From Marsupella aquatica (Eukaryota > Plantae > Marchantiophyta), in assembly GCA_973895155.1 (NCBI GenBank), contig OZ316894.1:1752457-1816456 (forward strand): a stretch of 64,000 nt of DNA, in the 5' to 3' direction. This document shows, in pieces, positions 1 through 13,350 of this stretch. The translations under genes and the position numbers were made by a program. Below the pieces are notes generated by a model. The model did no database searches. It was not told the origin of the DNA and saw only the letters and a program-made list of their open reading frames with translations. Numbering within the stretch: the stretch's first letter is position 1; every line of letters starts with the position of its first letter.

Positions 1-1218
1 CATTACCCAAGTTGGCCAAATCTATCTGATTCCTTCACAGTGTTTCCTTCCAATTAAACCCAAAAGTTATTTTGGGTTTAGTAGGAAGGAAAATTGATAA
101 GCCATCCAATAGGACCCACTTCATCTTCAGACCCAGTTCTGACATTAAAGCTCCCATTACATGTATTTTCTGAAACACCTGGACAGGCTCATTTGATTAT
201 GAAGATGGGGCTTAAGATGAAGAGCCAACCCAGCTCAACCTGACACACAAATGACCATACATCATCTAATAAAGCTCATGGGCGTTAATATTGAAACACT
301 TCCAACAAGAACAGCACGAGTCGCAGTTCCAGAAAATCCATCCGATTTTGTTTTTCTTTAACGATTTGATTCAGGGATTCAAACTATCCTTCCAAGCATG
401 GCTCCAGCTGACAATTAAGAAAATATGGTGACTCACAGGCCAGAAACTTTTGTCAACCTGTCTTGCTCAAGAGAAAGCTGTGCACTTAAATTCAGTATCC
501 AGTTCTGATCCTGAATCTAATTTAAAATTTGCAGAACTAGAAAATAATAAGGTGACCAGCCAACACACTTGCCCAACGAATTCAGGAGAAAAAGCCAAAC
601 TCGTTGCAGAAGCTTGTACTCCAGTTTGTGTAGTATTCATGCACTATACTAGTATAGTCACCCATCATCACATGCCCGATAACAAATAATAACCCAAGGA
701 CAAGTAAATTCATTAACAAGGTGACACTCTTTCCGACATGTCAGCTTGTTGCCATTTTCATGTGGCCACGTTGTACTTAAAAGATCATTTGCTACATGCC
801 CACATCGTTTCCATTTATTCCTTTCCTGACATGTACTAGTGGAAAACGTCTTGAAGTAAGCCACATTTCCGAGGAGATTTCAAATTATAAGAAACCATCA
901 AAAACATTGACAGCCGAAGACCGCAATTATTGAAGCTCAGACCAGTCCCTACAATCAAGGACCTACCCACATCGATTCTACCTGCTACGAGCTTCAGACA
1001 CTTCCTATTATGTAGGTTTCTACAAAAATGAGGGATGATCAGAAACTTACTCTTAAACCTTGGTTCTAATGCCCTGCGTATGGAAAAGAATAGTGAAGGA
1101 CAGAATGTACATTCGGTGCAGAAACACAGCAAATAACCCTCTACAATGGCTTCATTGGATATACATCATATATATTTATTCAAATGCAAGTGTTTAATTG
1201 GCAGCCTTGGCAGCCGTT

Positions 1219-4200
1219 TTACCGTCTTTGGTCAGCACGTGTTTTTCCTTCAAAAAATTCGCTTAGAAGTCGGGCCAAGTCTTCGGGAGTGTACTTGATG
1301 TACTTCTGTGGATTCTTCCAATTTTCGAGCATAGGACTGCAACGGTGATTACGTTGTCAGAAGACCATCCCAAGGATTGTCAGAGAGCAAGGGAGACAAG
1401 GGGGGAAAGGAGGAGGAACTATCATTCACAATACAGCATGTGTGGACTTCTACACAACATCTTCCAAGGATCTCATGTCCTACTATCCAAGATATCCAGA
1501 TTCAATCTATCATCCGTCCGGCCAGACCTTACAAACTAGCCTTATAATTTGCTGGATTTCTACCTGACCCTTAGGATGCCTTCACACAATTAGCTCGCCA
1601 AAAGGTTGACTTATGAAAAAAAAATTGAACAAACATTTCCGAAGCTTTTTAAGAGATAGTCCGGACGTTTCTGTCAACTAAGAACCACACGAAAACAGAA
1701 GTTTCAAATAAAGACTAGTATAGAATGAAGCTGAAACAAAGAATGTTCAAGTACCTGTATCGCTTGAGAAAGGAACGATAAGCAGGCAGCAAAACTTCCT
1801 CCACTGCCAACCGGACCGCATCACGGAGCTCGGGATCTGGAATGGTCCACTGGGACTGTCTCACGTGCAGATCCTCAAAGACTAAGTTGAAATTTTTGAA
1901 TCTGCGAGAATATCCACAAGGCAACTTTTAGGAAGTAAGCGATCAAGTTCAAACCTGGACACATAACGAGAACCTTCAAGGTACTTATCAAAATGGTCTT
2001 CAAGGGAGAATATACGGAACACGTCCATTAGGATCAGCCAGGTGAGTCCGAGTGTGAGAATTGGAGAAAGCAACTATAAGCTTGAGATTTTAAACGTAAC
2101 GAATATGCAAGAACTACTTTTCAGGAAGCACTTCTGCCTGAAGATTGTTGATTAGTTCGAAGGAACTCCATTGGCTAGAAATCTCACCGTTCTTTCAATG
2201 CAGATCTAGAAATTCCTGTTCCACTAACATCACCACTGGTGAGCCCACCACTGCCTCCTTGGGATTGTGTCAATCCAGAGCCACTAAGATAAGAGAGAGC
2301 CTGTCCACCATCACATTCAAGACAAACCATTTTCCCGTGTCAACGGCTACAGCATTTCAAAACTCACTATTCACAACCAATAAAGTAATGTGCAAAGCGA
2401 TTTGAAACTCTGAAAAAGATTTCCTTGATCTCGATTTCACGGGAAAAGTGGATCCGATGGATGAGAAGCCTTGGAAATACAAGCACGAGCAGTAGGATTA
2501 CTTACTGACTGTAACACGCAAATTGTTACATGATACCTAGAGAAGTGTACGAAAGCTGATTTTGAAAATAGGACGGCTGAGACTCGAAGATTGACAAGAA
2601 TATTCCATTGTTTTGTATGGCTTATGCATTTGACGGATATAATTTCGGAAGGGAATGCGGAACAACATTTTTTCCCTGCAGAGCAAATGCGTTTTGTGCC
2701 TGCACACTAGCTTAGTGAGGAATGTCCCCATTCAAAATACTTAATTATGTCGCGATGACTCGGAGCACTAATGGAATCAGACATCTATTACTGGATGATG
2801 CAGAAAAAGTTCCTCTTGGTCTCTTGTTAAAAGAAAGCATCTAATGCTTGAATAGGACCTCTAAGTACAGCAACGTGGCAAGCAATCAGTAATTATTCAA
2901 CAATGACCGACTGTGCCAGTTTAACAAAAGAAATGATGACCTTGCCCCAGGCAGACCGCTGATATCCAGACGCATGCTGCTGCACAATCCGCCGATGTCG
3001 TTGCACCCAATCATCTCCCAATAATTCTTTTGCCTCCGACCTGCAAATATAATGTAGTTTTACGTGAGACTGCTCGTTGAGCCATTCACTGCCACACTAG
3101 GACGTTAGAAAGAAGTAGTTAACCAGAAAAACGAGAGGGAATCTCACAGAGGATCAACCGTTACCTGAGCAGAAACCAAATTCAAAAGATAAAATTTTAG
3201 AAAAACCAAGTTATTGTGTGTGCAAAGCTGCTGCCATGCGTCCCAAGTATAAAAAACGCTGAACTAAAGTGTAATGGCAAACTAGTCACATTCCAGGCTT
3301 CCTGTGAAGCATACGTTCGCCAACCCACCTTCGGACAGATTTCACCATGTAGTGAATATTGTTCATAAGAAAGAGCTGAGTGAGAGCAGGGTCCTTGTAG
3401 AGCTTTGATTTTCCATCTAAGTTGCTTTGAAGCACTTGCATAATCCGCTTTACAGAAGACGCCAGCTTGGAATTTGATTTTTCACCACTGTCCATTTCCC
3501 CAAATAGTTGCTTCAGTGTGCTCTGGTAACTGTAGAAGCAAAGCAAACCACAAGATTCAGCAACCTGACCACCGTGGTATCATAGTGTCAAAAACATGGC
3601 ATAGATGAATCCGCCATTCGGCAAACTCACGTACCAAACAAAAAACGTCAAACCCTGCTCAATGAGCTCAATGAGCCGAAGAATTACTAGATAAATACAA
3701 TGAAAGGGATGTAGGATAATCTCAAAATATTAGGGCTCAAAAGATTACTTCAAAATGAGAACGACAGGACCAGCAAGAAAGCTTAGAATGCTAAAACTCC
3801 ATAATGGCAATTACTAACTGGTGTGCCATTCTGATCAACCCGAAATAGTGGTTTAGTTGTTATGTTTACCGATAACCACTATTTCTACTTCATCCGACTC
3901 TCACGCCCATGATGTAGGCAAGGAGGAGCGAAGGACTTACTCAAGCAGAAACTTAACGTAATTGATGACATAGCTTGTGAGCGGGTGAACAGTTCCATCA
4001 TTGACAGGAGTCTTTGTTGCGTCCTTCTCAACTGCGTCCTCAAAGTCCCCAAATGTATCACTCGCAGTCTGTGCCAATTTCTTCAACAAATTACTGGCTG
4101 CTTCACGTGCCCCTGCCGCATATTCTCCTGAGAAGATTACTTCAATCTGCCAATTTGCATACCAGGACATGCAAATATCCCATCAGCTTCAGAACGGGTT

Positions 4201-7200
4201 TGATTTTTGCTGGTTGGAAATGAATTCATGATTAAAAACTCACATGAACTGAGATATAAGAACTGAGATAGCATGTCTACTTCCCAGCAAGCTCCCATAG
4301 TACCAACTACACTCAAAAACGAACTACCAAGTTTCTAACACATTGCAAAACTGTGAAGTTTATCAGAAGGATAAGGTTTCTACAAACCTCTGGCAAAAGG
4401 TCACGCATGGTCTCATACATGTCCAGCAGAACAAACAGCTTTTCTGGTGACTTTTTACTTCTAGCAATGGCATCCCCAAAGCTGATAAGCATGGTAGTAC
4501 TTGATTCCGTCACTTCTGCGAAGGCCTTTTCTCGATGTGGGTCTAGATGATAGAATATCTGGTCACATAACTTGCGCTCTCCAGCAAACAGTAGCTTTAC
4601 CTGCACGCCACCAATATTAAGACCTATGTAAGCAGCGTTCAAACTGCATTGCCTCCCCAATCTTTGCGAAGTTGTTGACATTAACTTGCGTTAGATCAAA
4701 ATTATCCATTGAATTGACAGGAATTACTCTCAATGCCAGAGGTGGAAAGTGATGATGTGCCGGTCACAATCGAATATTTTACGAAGAACCACAACAAATT
4801 TATCATGGACAAAGAGGTTGGCGAGTATTCTAATCGAGCAGAACAACATAAGTCTGAGAAGTTACAAACTTACAGCGGCCCGCATGTACTGAATCCAGTT
4901 ACCGATCTTTCCCTCCAGAGCCTCCCATTGCATCTTTTGAACCTCCTCTTTACTTAATTTCTCAACACCTAACTTGCGAAGGCTTTGCTCCAGAGTTGCA
5001 GATCTCACATCTCTGCAGCCAAATCAATTTCCAACTAAGTTCCCAAACCTGATCCACAGTATAGGTATGGTGACTAGCAAAACAATCATGAGAACTAATG
5101 CATTATTTCTTCTTCGGTGTAACAAGCACGCATCTTGTCGAGTTAAAACCAACGCGCATACGTTAAAACGAGGTGTTCGAGTTACATTCTCAACAGAAAA
5201 CTCGAGGGAAATAATCACCTGTATACTCTTAGGCATTGTTGATGGTGACCAGCACCCACCATCCGCTGAGCCATTTTATGGAGGTCCGGAATGATCCTCG
5301 GTGCAATTAGTATAGGGAGTTGGAGAGGCTTCGCGGGTTCCACATCCGGACTTTCAGGGGAGGTCCTAACCTTCCCATCCGCAGCCCCTGGCGAAGTTGC
5401 CCCATTCACAGATGGTCTCAAAGGTGCTGGCAGAGCTTCACTGAGACGCGCAGGATCTACGACCTTGCTGCAAAAGATCCGCATTGTCAACTACAGTGGC
5501 ACCCATTTTCTCAGAGTACAAGACTTGTTCAAGTGGAAACGTACCAGAGAATAGAGCAGGAAAATTTCACAGTAGGAAACAGGAGTCCTAACAGAGCTGC
5601 AGTGAGTAAAATATGACAAGATAGACGACCATTGAGAGAGAACGAACCTGTGCTGAATAAGGAGTGCCTTAAACTCATCTTCAAGCTTGATCATTCCCTT
5701 AGAGAGTAATCCACGGGCGTGGTTCAGCGCAGCTTCACTACTTTTGTAGCTACGATTTAAAGTGAAAAACTCCACAGTTCCCTGTATCTGGTCCACTGCT
5801 GCTAAGAAACCAGTCAGATCACCCTGAGGACCAGCAAGAATCTTTGCTTCCATCTGCAGTAAGCAAGTCGCCACAGCAAGTAGTCTTGGTCAGAACAGCC
5901 TGGGAACTGGCTATGAGAGTTGTGAATTCAACTGTCCCATATCTGAAGTACGTCTGAGCTAACCTTTCCCAGATATTCGCATTCCTTACACAGGAACTGC
6001 CAAAGAGACAAGGTATGCATTTGAGATTCTCTTTCCTGAAATTATGAGTGTTGGCTCTGTTCTAGCTTTCGAAACGTATGTAGCAATAGAGTAATTCGTT
6101 TTGAATTCCGTTTGGAGAACCGGTTGAGGCAACACTTTCGTACATTCCCAATAGCAACAAGAGAATGTTCCATAATTTGACAAATAACTCCTTCATTATA
6201 GGCAGACGGTAATAATGATCTTATTTATAAACATCTACAGAAATGTCAACGAGCAATGAAAGCGCTCATCGCTACAGGGCTAATGACTTGAAATAGTGAT
6301 GCTACTTTGGAGACATATGACCAGGGCATGAACGAGCAAGGTAGATGAATCAGTACTTACTTGACGTGAGACATCAAACTTTGTCAAAACAACCTCTGCT
6401 TCCTTGAGTGTGATATCGATGTTCTCATGCGCCTTCCTAAACGCATGGGTTCGTACCTTCATTTAAAATACAAGGATACGATGGTCAGTGCAGCACACAA
6501 CCACACTATCGATGTCGGGATCGTCACCGTTCACCACGCTTACAAGTAATGATAAGAACAAAAAAAGCTTTGTTTAAATGTAACTTAATACCGTCTCCTC
6601 CTGGAAAAAATACATACTCGCCATTCTTATTTATTTTCTTACTTGTGAATCTACGGGAATGCAAGTTGAACTACACAACCTGAATGGGAAAATGAGCCTT
6701 GTTGCAGACCTAAGAATGCTGACCGAAAGCACTTGACCTAGATCACATTCTTTCTCTCTCGCTCTTTTATAGATTTAGAAACAGATTTAGAATCAGATTT
6801 AGAAATCGTGGTACTGTACACTATTTGAAGCAAAAGGATGGAAGGTCAAACACCCCAGGACAGTTGACCTGAGTCACATTGAATCACTCTATCCCTTCTT
6901 AGACTTAAAGAAATTTAGAGAATGAAGTACCCAAATTGAAACACGGGGAAGGATGGCTGCCCCAAGAAGGTTGACCAAATCACATGCATGGATTTTCTCT
7001 CTCTCTCTGTCTTGTTAGACTTAAAAAGATATCCAGAGATTGAAGTACCCAATTTGAAGCAAGTGGATGAGAGGTAGAAAAGCCCAACCGAAGCTGTACG
7101 AAGAGGCTCGACCTAAATCACATTCATTTCTTCATTCATTCTCTTCTAGGTGAGGTCACCAGCTTCGTGAGAATTATCCGAGACAACCGAGGAAGTGAAA

Positions 7201-7445
7201 GAGAGATGGAAAGGATAAAACAAATACGACCTTCATATGCACACAGAGATGGGGACGGACACAGAGAGAGATGGGCAGAGAGGAACCTGAGTTGGGCGCA
7301 TGGCAGCTTCAAGAGTCGAGAGGCGGTGGTCAAACGAACCAAGAATGGTGATCATGTTGTCACTGATGGTCTGGCTGCGGGTCATCGCCTCTCTCATAAC
7401 CTGGGCCCGGCACAGCAGGCCCTCCATATCCGTGGCGGCCCCCAT
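1219..7445 (-). CDS. EXO70A: Exocyst complex subunit EXO70, EXO70A1-like (~648 aa, 12 exons)
   Basis: Manually spliced GT-AG exons 7445-7287, 6456-6361, 5853-5648, 5467-5219, 5012-4874, 4600-4388, 4146-3941, 3529-3329, 3040-2941, 2300-2188, 1901-1755 and 1336-1219 give 1947 nt in consistent phase. Characteristic EXO70A peptides: ILGSFDHRLSTLEAAMRPTQVRTH, KSPEKLFVLLDMYE, DGTVHPLTSYVINYVKFL, LFLMNNIHYMV, QSQWTIPDPELR, KNPQKYIKYTPEDL. Confidence 0.97.
6680..7140. repeat. Diverged ~110-135 bp tandem repeat (about 4 units) in EXO70A intron 1
   Basis: The motif T(T/C)GACC-nnn-TCACAT followed by a CT-rich tract recurs at about 6733, 6864, 6971 and 7108. Confidence 0.6.
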
Positions 7446-7994
7446 TCCGGCACCCTGACTGCGAATTCGTCCACCAGGGTGCTTCTAACGCCTTCAAACA
7501 ACCCACGACTCAGAGCCCATCGAGAGTCTGGTCCTTCGCGTCCACCTGCATCCCCAAAATTGATCAACCTTCATCGAAGATCGTGATGAATGCCTCCCCG
7601 ACGGGAATTTCCGAAGTCGAAGAGCTCCAAGGAGTGGTACAGCAGCCTTCTTGCCGATTCCGAAATCGCGATGCCCACAGCACTCGGGCAAAGGTGATTG
7701 TGCTCTGGAGTAGGAATTGGATTTCGGCGTTCCGTCAATCGCTTGAAAATGGAGGAAGCTCCGATTGACGAGAGCAGACCGACCTCCGAAATCTGCGGCA
7801 AGCTTTACGTACTTCCAGCAGAAACATACTGTACTGTAATGTACTGTAATGTATAGTGTGGTATAATACTTAGTCTACAGTATTGTCTAGTTACTGGGGT
7901 TCGGATCCATGGTGTTGTTTTTTTATTGTTTTTCTTGAAAAGAGCACTTTAGTTATGTGAAAACGAGCCCTATGCCAGTGTTTTACACTCTGCA

Positions 7995-8265
7995 GGGAGG
8001 GCCGGCCCATAGGCAGTCGGGCCGGGGCATTTATGGGGTAGCTCGAAGCATATATGTGTCATGAGTGCACACTTCTTCCATCAATGGTCAGGAAAACAGT
8101 TAATCGAATCTAAAGACTGTGGATCTTCACATTATTATGTGCCCGGGGTGCACAATTTTTTCATCAATGGTCAGGGAAAACAGCTATTGATCGAATCCAA
8201 CGGTTGTGTATCTTTCCAGCCCAGGAGCTTTTTTCTTTATTTGGACAAAGCATGAAAAAAGGCGG
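7995..8265 (+). repeat. Dispersed repeat family, copy 1 (non-autonomous TE-like) upstream of EXO70A
   Basis: GAGGG..GGCCCATAG..GGG..ATTTAT.GGG..G....GAAGCA.ATATGTG...GTGCACA.TT.TT.CATCAATGGTCA..GAAAACAG.TAATC is shared with 12159-12525. The CATCAATGGTCA block is internally duplicated. Confidence 0.75.
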
Positions 8266-8999
8266 GATCCCTTACTATAGTTGTAGATTAAAACCCAATA
8301 AACAACCGGGAGCAACGGGCCAGACCAACATCAATCAAAAGGCCACAAACCACCCGGAGAACGAACACATTCAGTCCCAAGGGCAAACAGAAGAAACTAC
8401 TGGTGAAAAAGAAACAAAGAATCACCAACCTGAGCACCTAAATGCAAATAAAAGGAGTGATTAAAAACCCTTGGGAGTGAGTAACTGTGTTACTGGTCGA
8501 ACTATGACTTTACCGCATTATATGCTTATATAGTTTTCTTCAAAGGAGCACTTTACTCTTGTGAGAAAGTAAAATCCAATAAAAACGAGGGTAACAGGCC
8601 AGAACCAAAAAGGAAGATAGACCAAGAACCACACAAAGACCAAACATGTTTAGCCAAGACTGAGAGAAGAGGAACAAGAGTTTACTGCACGGAAAGGAAT
8701 TCAAGCGACTAGCTCACTCACAAGAAACCAACTAAGCAGCTATTGCAAAAATGAGGGCAAACAGACCGGAGAACAGGAAAAGATCCAGCGAGAAAGCAAA
8801 GATCTGAGCGATTGGAAGCCAGCGAAGACCCAACTAACGGGTCAACTAATTGCAGAAAGCACTCCAGCAAATGCCCTAAAGCAAAAAAAGCCCAAGACCA
8901 TATAGCATGCATGCTCATCGTGGAGCATGCTTGACTTTTTGTCTGGTAGTGATCTGTAAGTGGATAAAATTAGAGAATAGAACTAGAATACATATTAAA

Positions 9000-10200
9000 C
9001 TAGCTCAATACCCGTGCGTTGCATAGAAGAAGTCGTGTCGAACAAGATGTCGTTGAGAAAAAATGATGTCGTGTCAGCCAAGAGGGCCGTGGAGAGAAAA
9101 GATGTCGTGCCGGCCAAGAGGTCGTGGAGAGAAAAGTTGTCGTGTCGCCCAAAAGGTCGTTGAGAGAAAAGAAGTCGTTGAGAAAACAAGATGTCATGTC
9201 GGCCAAGAGGCTGTTGAGAAAAAAGATGTTGTGTCGGCCAAGAAGTCATTGAAAGAAAAGATATCGTGTCGGCCAAGGGGCCATGGAGAGAAAAGATGTT
9301 GCATCGCCGAAAAGGTCATTGAGAGAAAAGAAGTCGTTGAGAAAAAAAGATGTTGTGTCAGCCAAGAGGTCGTTGAGGAAAAAAATGTTGTGTTGGTCAA
9401 GAAGTCATTGAGAAAAAAGATGTTGTGTCAGTCAAGTTGTCGTTACGAAAACAATTGTCATGTCAGTCAAGATATTGTTGAGAAAAAAGATGTCGTGTCA
9501 GCAAAGACATCGTTCAGGAAAATACCTGTGTGTTGCACAAATTAAAGATGTTGTTAAGAAAAATGATGTTGTGTCGCCCAAGATGTTGTTATGTGAAAGA
9601 TGTCACAAAGTAAAAAGATGTCGTTAAGGAAAAAGGAGTCATTTGCCAAAGATGCCATTATGTGAAAGATGATGTTAAGAAAAAGGTGTCATTTTGCCAA
9701 AGATATTGTGAAGTACAAGATGTTATAAGAAAAATGATGTCGTTTCACCCAAGTTGTCGTTATGTGAAAGATGTTATGAAGTAAAAAATCAAGGAAAGAA
9801 GGAGCTAGTCTTTTCTTTGTTTTGTTTTTTTACCCAAAACACCCCTGCATTTGAATGGCAACCACTCTATAAATTGGTGCAACGTTATATTATTGGTTTC
9901 AGGTTTAGTGTTTCAGGGTTTAGGGTTTAGCAAAGATCTTTTCAATCCCCGTGCGTTGCATAAAAGATGTTGTTTGGTTAAAGATGTTGTTGAGAAATAG
10001 ATCGTGGTGCAAAAGATATCATTGAATATTTATTTTTGTTAAGATACATTATTGCACAAAAAGAATTTGTTGAGTGAAAAATAACATTATGCAAAATACT
10101 GGCTACAGCAGCCACAAAAGTTGCCTTTTCTTTTTTTCTTTTTCTCCTTGCACAAAAACATTATTGAATAAAAGATGTCATTGCACAAAGACAGACTATG
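9000..10200 (-). mobile_element. Non-autonomous Helitron-like element (3' end at 9000) built of an AAGATGTCGTG-type minisatellite
   Basis: A|CTAG at 9000-9003 followed by CCCGTGCGTTGCA, which reads as a reverse-oriented Helitron 3' CTAG plus subterminal hairpin. About 1.2 kb of AAAGATGT(C/T)GTGTCGGCCAAGAGGTCGTTGAGA-like units follows, degrading distally. The 5' end was not identified. Confidence 0.65.
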
Positions 10201-11228
10201 ACAACCACAAAACTATAACAAAATGAGAGGTGGTTTTTTTCCTTTTTTTTCCTTCTTAAACCTTTTTCTCTTATGTTCCTTTTAAACCTTAATCTCCCCC
10301 TTTTCCCCATTTTCATATTTTTGGTCTTCTCTTTTTCTCATTCACCATCACTTCACTTGTTCATCGCCCCCCCCCCCCCCCCCCCGTCCCCACCCATGCG
10401 AGACTGGAGCCCTTCGAGGGGCTGCCCTACATTGCAAGTGTGCCCCTCGCCCGAAACCTTGTCATCAAGCCCGTGCCATGCGCTTCACTATGCCTATGCC
10501 TTTGGGCCTTATTACTTTTGTTTTTTGACATTGAAAATGACAGTGCAACTGACTGTAAAAGTCACCACAAATATTGGGAGAAAAATTTATTGATCTAGTG
10601 ACCAAAATATTATTAGCAATTAAATTCCTCTTACCAGTATTATACAAAACTATGTACACAATACTGAACATGTACAATACTTACTTGCATGTGAGTATGT
10701 ACAATATTACTGGCATGGATCATGCAGGGAGTATCCTCGTTGATCCTCGTGAATTATGTTAAAGTCTTTCATTTTTTGTTGGTGTCTCGTGTGATTATTC
10801 TGGCTTGTTTTGGACAATGGTGCAACTTTTTGTGAGTCACACTAAACTCAATTCATACTTTTTCATTATTATTTACCTTTGACCAGATTTTTAAAAAAAA
10901 ATTGCCATGCAAATTTGAATGAGGACCACTCTAAAAAGTGGCGCAATTGTGTATTATAGTTTAGGACGTGAATGAGATAAAATAATGTAAATGAAGCACA
11001 TGCAAATAAAAGCACAAAGTGACCAATGAAAAGTACAATTAAATTTTTTGACACATAGATGCTACAATTATTCATGACGAAAGACAAGATCAAGGCTCAT
11101 AATGAGCCTCCCATACGTTTTCGCCGCCCGCTGCCTGAATGTTTTTCAAAGTCACATTTTTTCTAAGTGTGACTAGAGTGTGAATGATCCCCACTTTTGG
11201 GTGGAGTGAATGACAAAAGCACCTTGTG

Positions 11229-11305
11229 TTGCTAACCAGATTCAAACCTGAGACCTGCTACATCCCATAGGAGCTGCTCTACCATCCAGCCTTGGGGCAG
11301 TTGGT
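11229..11305 (-). repeat. tRNA-derived (SINE-head-like) sequence
   Basis: The minus strand reads ...GGATGGTAGAGCAGCTCCTATGGGATGTAGCAGGTCTCAGGTTTGAATCTGG..., with A-box-like and B-box-like motifs at tRNA spacing but no clean cloverleaf. Confidence 0.45.
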
Positions 11306-12158
11306 GTCCAGGCTGATTCGCTCTAGGTGTTTAACTACATACTCACGTCAGAAATACTGGGCAGTGGGCAGTCACGTACGGGTCTAATCAATGCTAATCA
11401 CATTGATTAGCCTCGATCTTGCCTCTCGTTCTGAGTCTACAATTGGTGAATTTACTTCAATGTGCCTTATTAATGACACTCATTTCAATAAAAACCATAA
11501 ACTTAAGAAAGAAAGTCATGAGGGGAACTTAAGACACTGCGTGTTGAAATTACTTAGAATCATTCCTCTCACTCATGAGAATACTTAAAAGTGGTAGAAA
11601 ATGAAGCCCTTGGTTTCTCTCTAGGAGATAACAAAGTTTAAAAATCAAGGGGGCTGCCAAAATAAATTCAAAATACTTCTAGGATACCAAGAATTAATAG
11701 GGTCCAAAAACGAATTAAAAGTCTATATGATACAAAGGGTGCCCCTTGTTAAGGCACATTCAAATAAAAATACATGACACAGAAATCTGAATAAGACAAA
11801 ACATGAAAGTTGGATTCACCATATAGCAGTGTCATAGTTGGACCACAACAGAAGTGGATCCCAAAGGCTAGCACTGGAAAAACAATTCACAGAGGGTCCA
11901 AAGCTCATAATGGACAGTAGTTGAATGTAAAGCATTCGTCAACTAAGTAGTAAAGACCTCCGTTGTGGCCCAAGTCTTGAACTATGGCTTTACCACATTA
12001 GGGGGTCACAAACCTCAGGCTTGATGTACCTTAATTACTAGGTTGGGTTACTGACCAGAAAAGGCTTTGATCACCAAATTCACAATACATTTCGAGCAAC
12101 ACAATGGACAACTTGATAGCATTTGATATGTTATGAGCCCTATGCTTGCACTGTGCAA

Positions 12159-12525
12159 AGGAGGGTTGGCCCATAGCGAGAGTGGGGCTGGGGAATTTAT
12201 AGGGCAGTAGGAAGCAGATATGTGCTAGGGGTGAGGGTTGGCCCATAGCGAGTGGGGCTGGGGAATTTATAGGGCAGTAGGAAGCAAATATGTGCTAGGG
12301 GTGCACATTTTTTCCATCAATGGTCAATGAAAACAGCTAATCAAATCCGCTTAAAGGTTGGCCCATAGCAAGTGGGGCTGGGGAATTTATAGGGCAGTAG
12401 GAAGCACATATGTGCCAAGGGTGCACATTTTTTTCATCAATGGTCAATGAAAACAGCTAATCAAATCCAACGGCTGCCCAAGAATTTTTTTTGTATTCAT
12501 TTGGGACTAAGCATGAAAAAAGGCT
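12159..12525 (+). repeat. Dispersed repeat family, copy 2, with three tandem near-identical head units
   Basis: GGTTGGCCCATAGC(G/A)AGTGGGGCTGGGGAATTTATAGGGCAGTAGGAAGCAnATATGTGC occurs three times (about 12164, 12236, 12356). Homologous to 7995-8265. Confidence 0.85.
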
Positions 12526-13350
12526 AGCCAAAGGAGGAGTCTTTGGGACTAGTTTGCTAGCCAAAACTAGCTTTTGCCCATCTAGGGACTAAATTTGCTA
12601 CTGAAGTGGGAGGGAATTGACATTTACCCCATCGTAGTTAAGATCAAATCGACTGAAACATACATTTCAACATAAGTTTAGAATACAAATGTTTGCCTTT
12701 GACACAAAGAAATAAAGAACATTCTGTGATACTATTCCAGCTGAAAGGTTTGGATGGAGATCCCATCCTAGCTTACAACTCGAGGTGGTGTCGGTCCTTG
12801 ACCTGGGTCAAAAACTAGACTTAACTCGAAGCTGTGGTTTGCTTTTCACAGAAGAAGGTAAAGCTTGAGCGATGGGGTCCTTGCTTCATATATTTTGGTG
12901 CTCTGGGTCTTCTTCGACATTCGCCATCTTTGACACAATGCTGAGGATTGGACCGCAAAGGTGCATCTACATGATGCACCACCGCTGTGAATGTGTAGGC
13001 CCAGAAACGGGATGGGAAAATTCTGCAAGGTGAAGCTCACCAAATGAGCCTTCTTGCGCTGGTTCTTAATATTGAAACCCATGCCTGAAAAAGCTCTTCG
13101 TATGATCAGGTCCAAATGAATTTGTACAATGAATCTGAGAAAGGAATACAATCATCGTTGGAACCCTCTGTGCAGAGCCAGACCTGTCCATATGGTGCTA
13201 GGAAGTCGAAGCTTTCCAGTTGCAGAGAGGTAATCGCATGTCAGGATCGTGATTCAAGCTAAGGTCTGCTTCACACGAAGAATTTACGAATGGCGCAGTT
13301 CAATCATATATAAATCCAATGCCGCTAAGATCGAGTAATAATCTCCACTG

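Noticed and set aside
4001-7586. Plus-strand ORFs overlapping EXO70A exons
   Set aside because: They are antisense shadows of the real coding exons.
8995-9545. ORFs of 68-160 aa with repetitive K/R/C-rich or T/S/F-rich translations (also 18217-18456 and 26799-27887)
   Set aside because: They are translations of the minisatellite, open in several frames on both strands, and are not genes.
9895-9930. Telomere-like TTTAGGG repeats
   Set aside because: Only a few degenerate units inside a TE-like region; not a telomere or a meaningful interstitial array.
11229-11305. Functional tRNA gene
   Set aside because: The acceptor and anticodon stems do not pair properly; kept only as a tRNA-derived repeat.
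12159-12525. CRISPR-like reading of the repeat arrays (also 9000-9800 and 41361-41737)
   Set aside because: The repeats are tandem without unique spacers, there are no cas genes, and the context is intron-containing eukaryotic DNA.
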